This document shows, piece by piece, positions 63,050 to 64,000 of a stretch of DNA of 64,000 nt. A program made the position numbers and the translations under genes. Under the pieces are notes generated by a model that did no database searches, was not told the DNA's origin, and saw nothing but the letters and a program-made list of their open reading frames with translations. Numbering within the stretch: position 1 is the stretch's first letter; the number at the start of each line of letters is the position of its first letter. Origin of the DNA: Octopus bimaculoides (taxonomy: Eukaryota); the NCBI RefSeq assembly GCF_001194135.2, contig NC_068983.1, positions 152,894,273 through 152,958,272 of the forward strand, read 5' to 3'.

Positions 63050-64000
63050 GAAGCTGCGATCAGATTCCTACATCCATTTCCGTGATGGCATCAATAATGA
63101 CGCTGACCCAAGAAACATCAGCAAAATGTGCATTCTCCCCTCAACATATACAGGGGGGCCACGATACATGCACGAGCTAACACAAGACGCTATGACTTTC
63201 GTTCGGCACTATGGACGCCCTGACTTATTCATCACGTTTACATGTAACCCCAAGTGGGTTGAGGTAACTTCTCCCACACCAGCAGTACTGCCATCGGCAT
63301 GATCTTATTGCCAGGATTTTCAAGCAGAAGCTGACTAGGTTAATTGATTTCATCAAAAAACGGCAGGCGTTTGGCCCTGTTAAGTGTCACATGTATACTG
63401 TTGAGTGTCAGAAGAGAGGGTTGCCACACACACACATTTTGGTTTGGTTGGTCACCAAAATAGACCCTACACTTATAGATGAAATCATCAAAACAGAAAT
63501 CCCAAACCCCACTGTTGACCGACAGCTGTACGATATTGTCAAGGCACACATGGTGCATGGTCCGTGCGGTCCCGGTTTTCAAAAATTCTCCTCATGCCAC
63601 AAACACCATGTGTGCACTAAACGATACCCAAAGAGTTTCGTGGACGAGACCTAGACCGCTGGTGATGGATATCCACTGTACAGACAAAGGCGGCCTGAGA
63701 ATGGGGGATTCACTATAACCTTACGGGGTCATCAAGTTGATAATAGATGGGTGATCCCATACTGTCCATTACTGATGACAATTTTCAGCGCTCATATAAA
63801 TGTGGAGTTCTGTCATTCAGTACTTATATTAACAAGGGTTCGGACGCTGCCATGTTCAGCCTTCAAAAGGACAATAGCATGGACGAGGTGTCGCAGTACT
63901 TGGCAGGTTGATATATCAGCAGAGGTGAAGCTTTTTGGCGGATATTCGGGTTTCCGCTTCACCAAAGGAACCCCGCCATCATACAACTCGCGGTTCATTT
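63050..64000 (+). mobile_element. Helitron relic 2: Rep HUH/Y2 domain, continues beyond the window
   Basis: ILPSTYTGGPRYMHE..QDAMTFVRHYGRPDLFITFTCNPKW; VECQKRGLPHTHIL; MVHGPCG; DNRWVIPY; HINVEFC; YINKGSD; EAFWRIFGFPLHQR. Stops and frameshifts present. Confidence 0.92.

Overview
AT-rich animal genomic DNA from a draft assembly with about 18 N-gaps, mostly flanked by microsatellite arrays. The repeat repertoire suggests a coleoid cephalopod, probably an octopus (inference, not database-checked). No complete protein-coding gene is supportable. The best gene signal is one candidate first coding exon on the minus strand (1628-1725). The rest is a transposon graveyard: four tRNA-derived SINE families; L1/Tx1-like, RTE, HERO-like and R4/Dong-like LINE relics; Penelope-like (GIY-YIG) relics; two Helitron Rep relics; one full-length decayed mariner; three MITE families; and dense microsatellites. 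The most striking signal is a set of minimal type-I hammerhead-ribozyme motifs in three to four unrelated repeat families. One of these is a tRNA-headed SINE present as a head-to-head inverted pair (4390-5095). Several nested insertions can be resolved with their target-site duplications, and one has an empty paralogous site in the window. Almost all long ORFs in the supplied track are artefacts of N-gaps or microsatellites.
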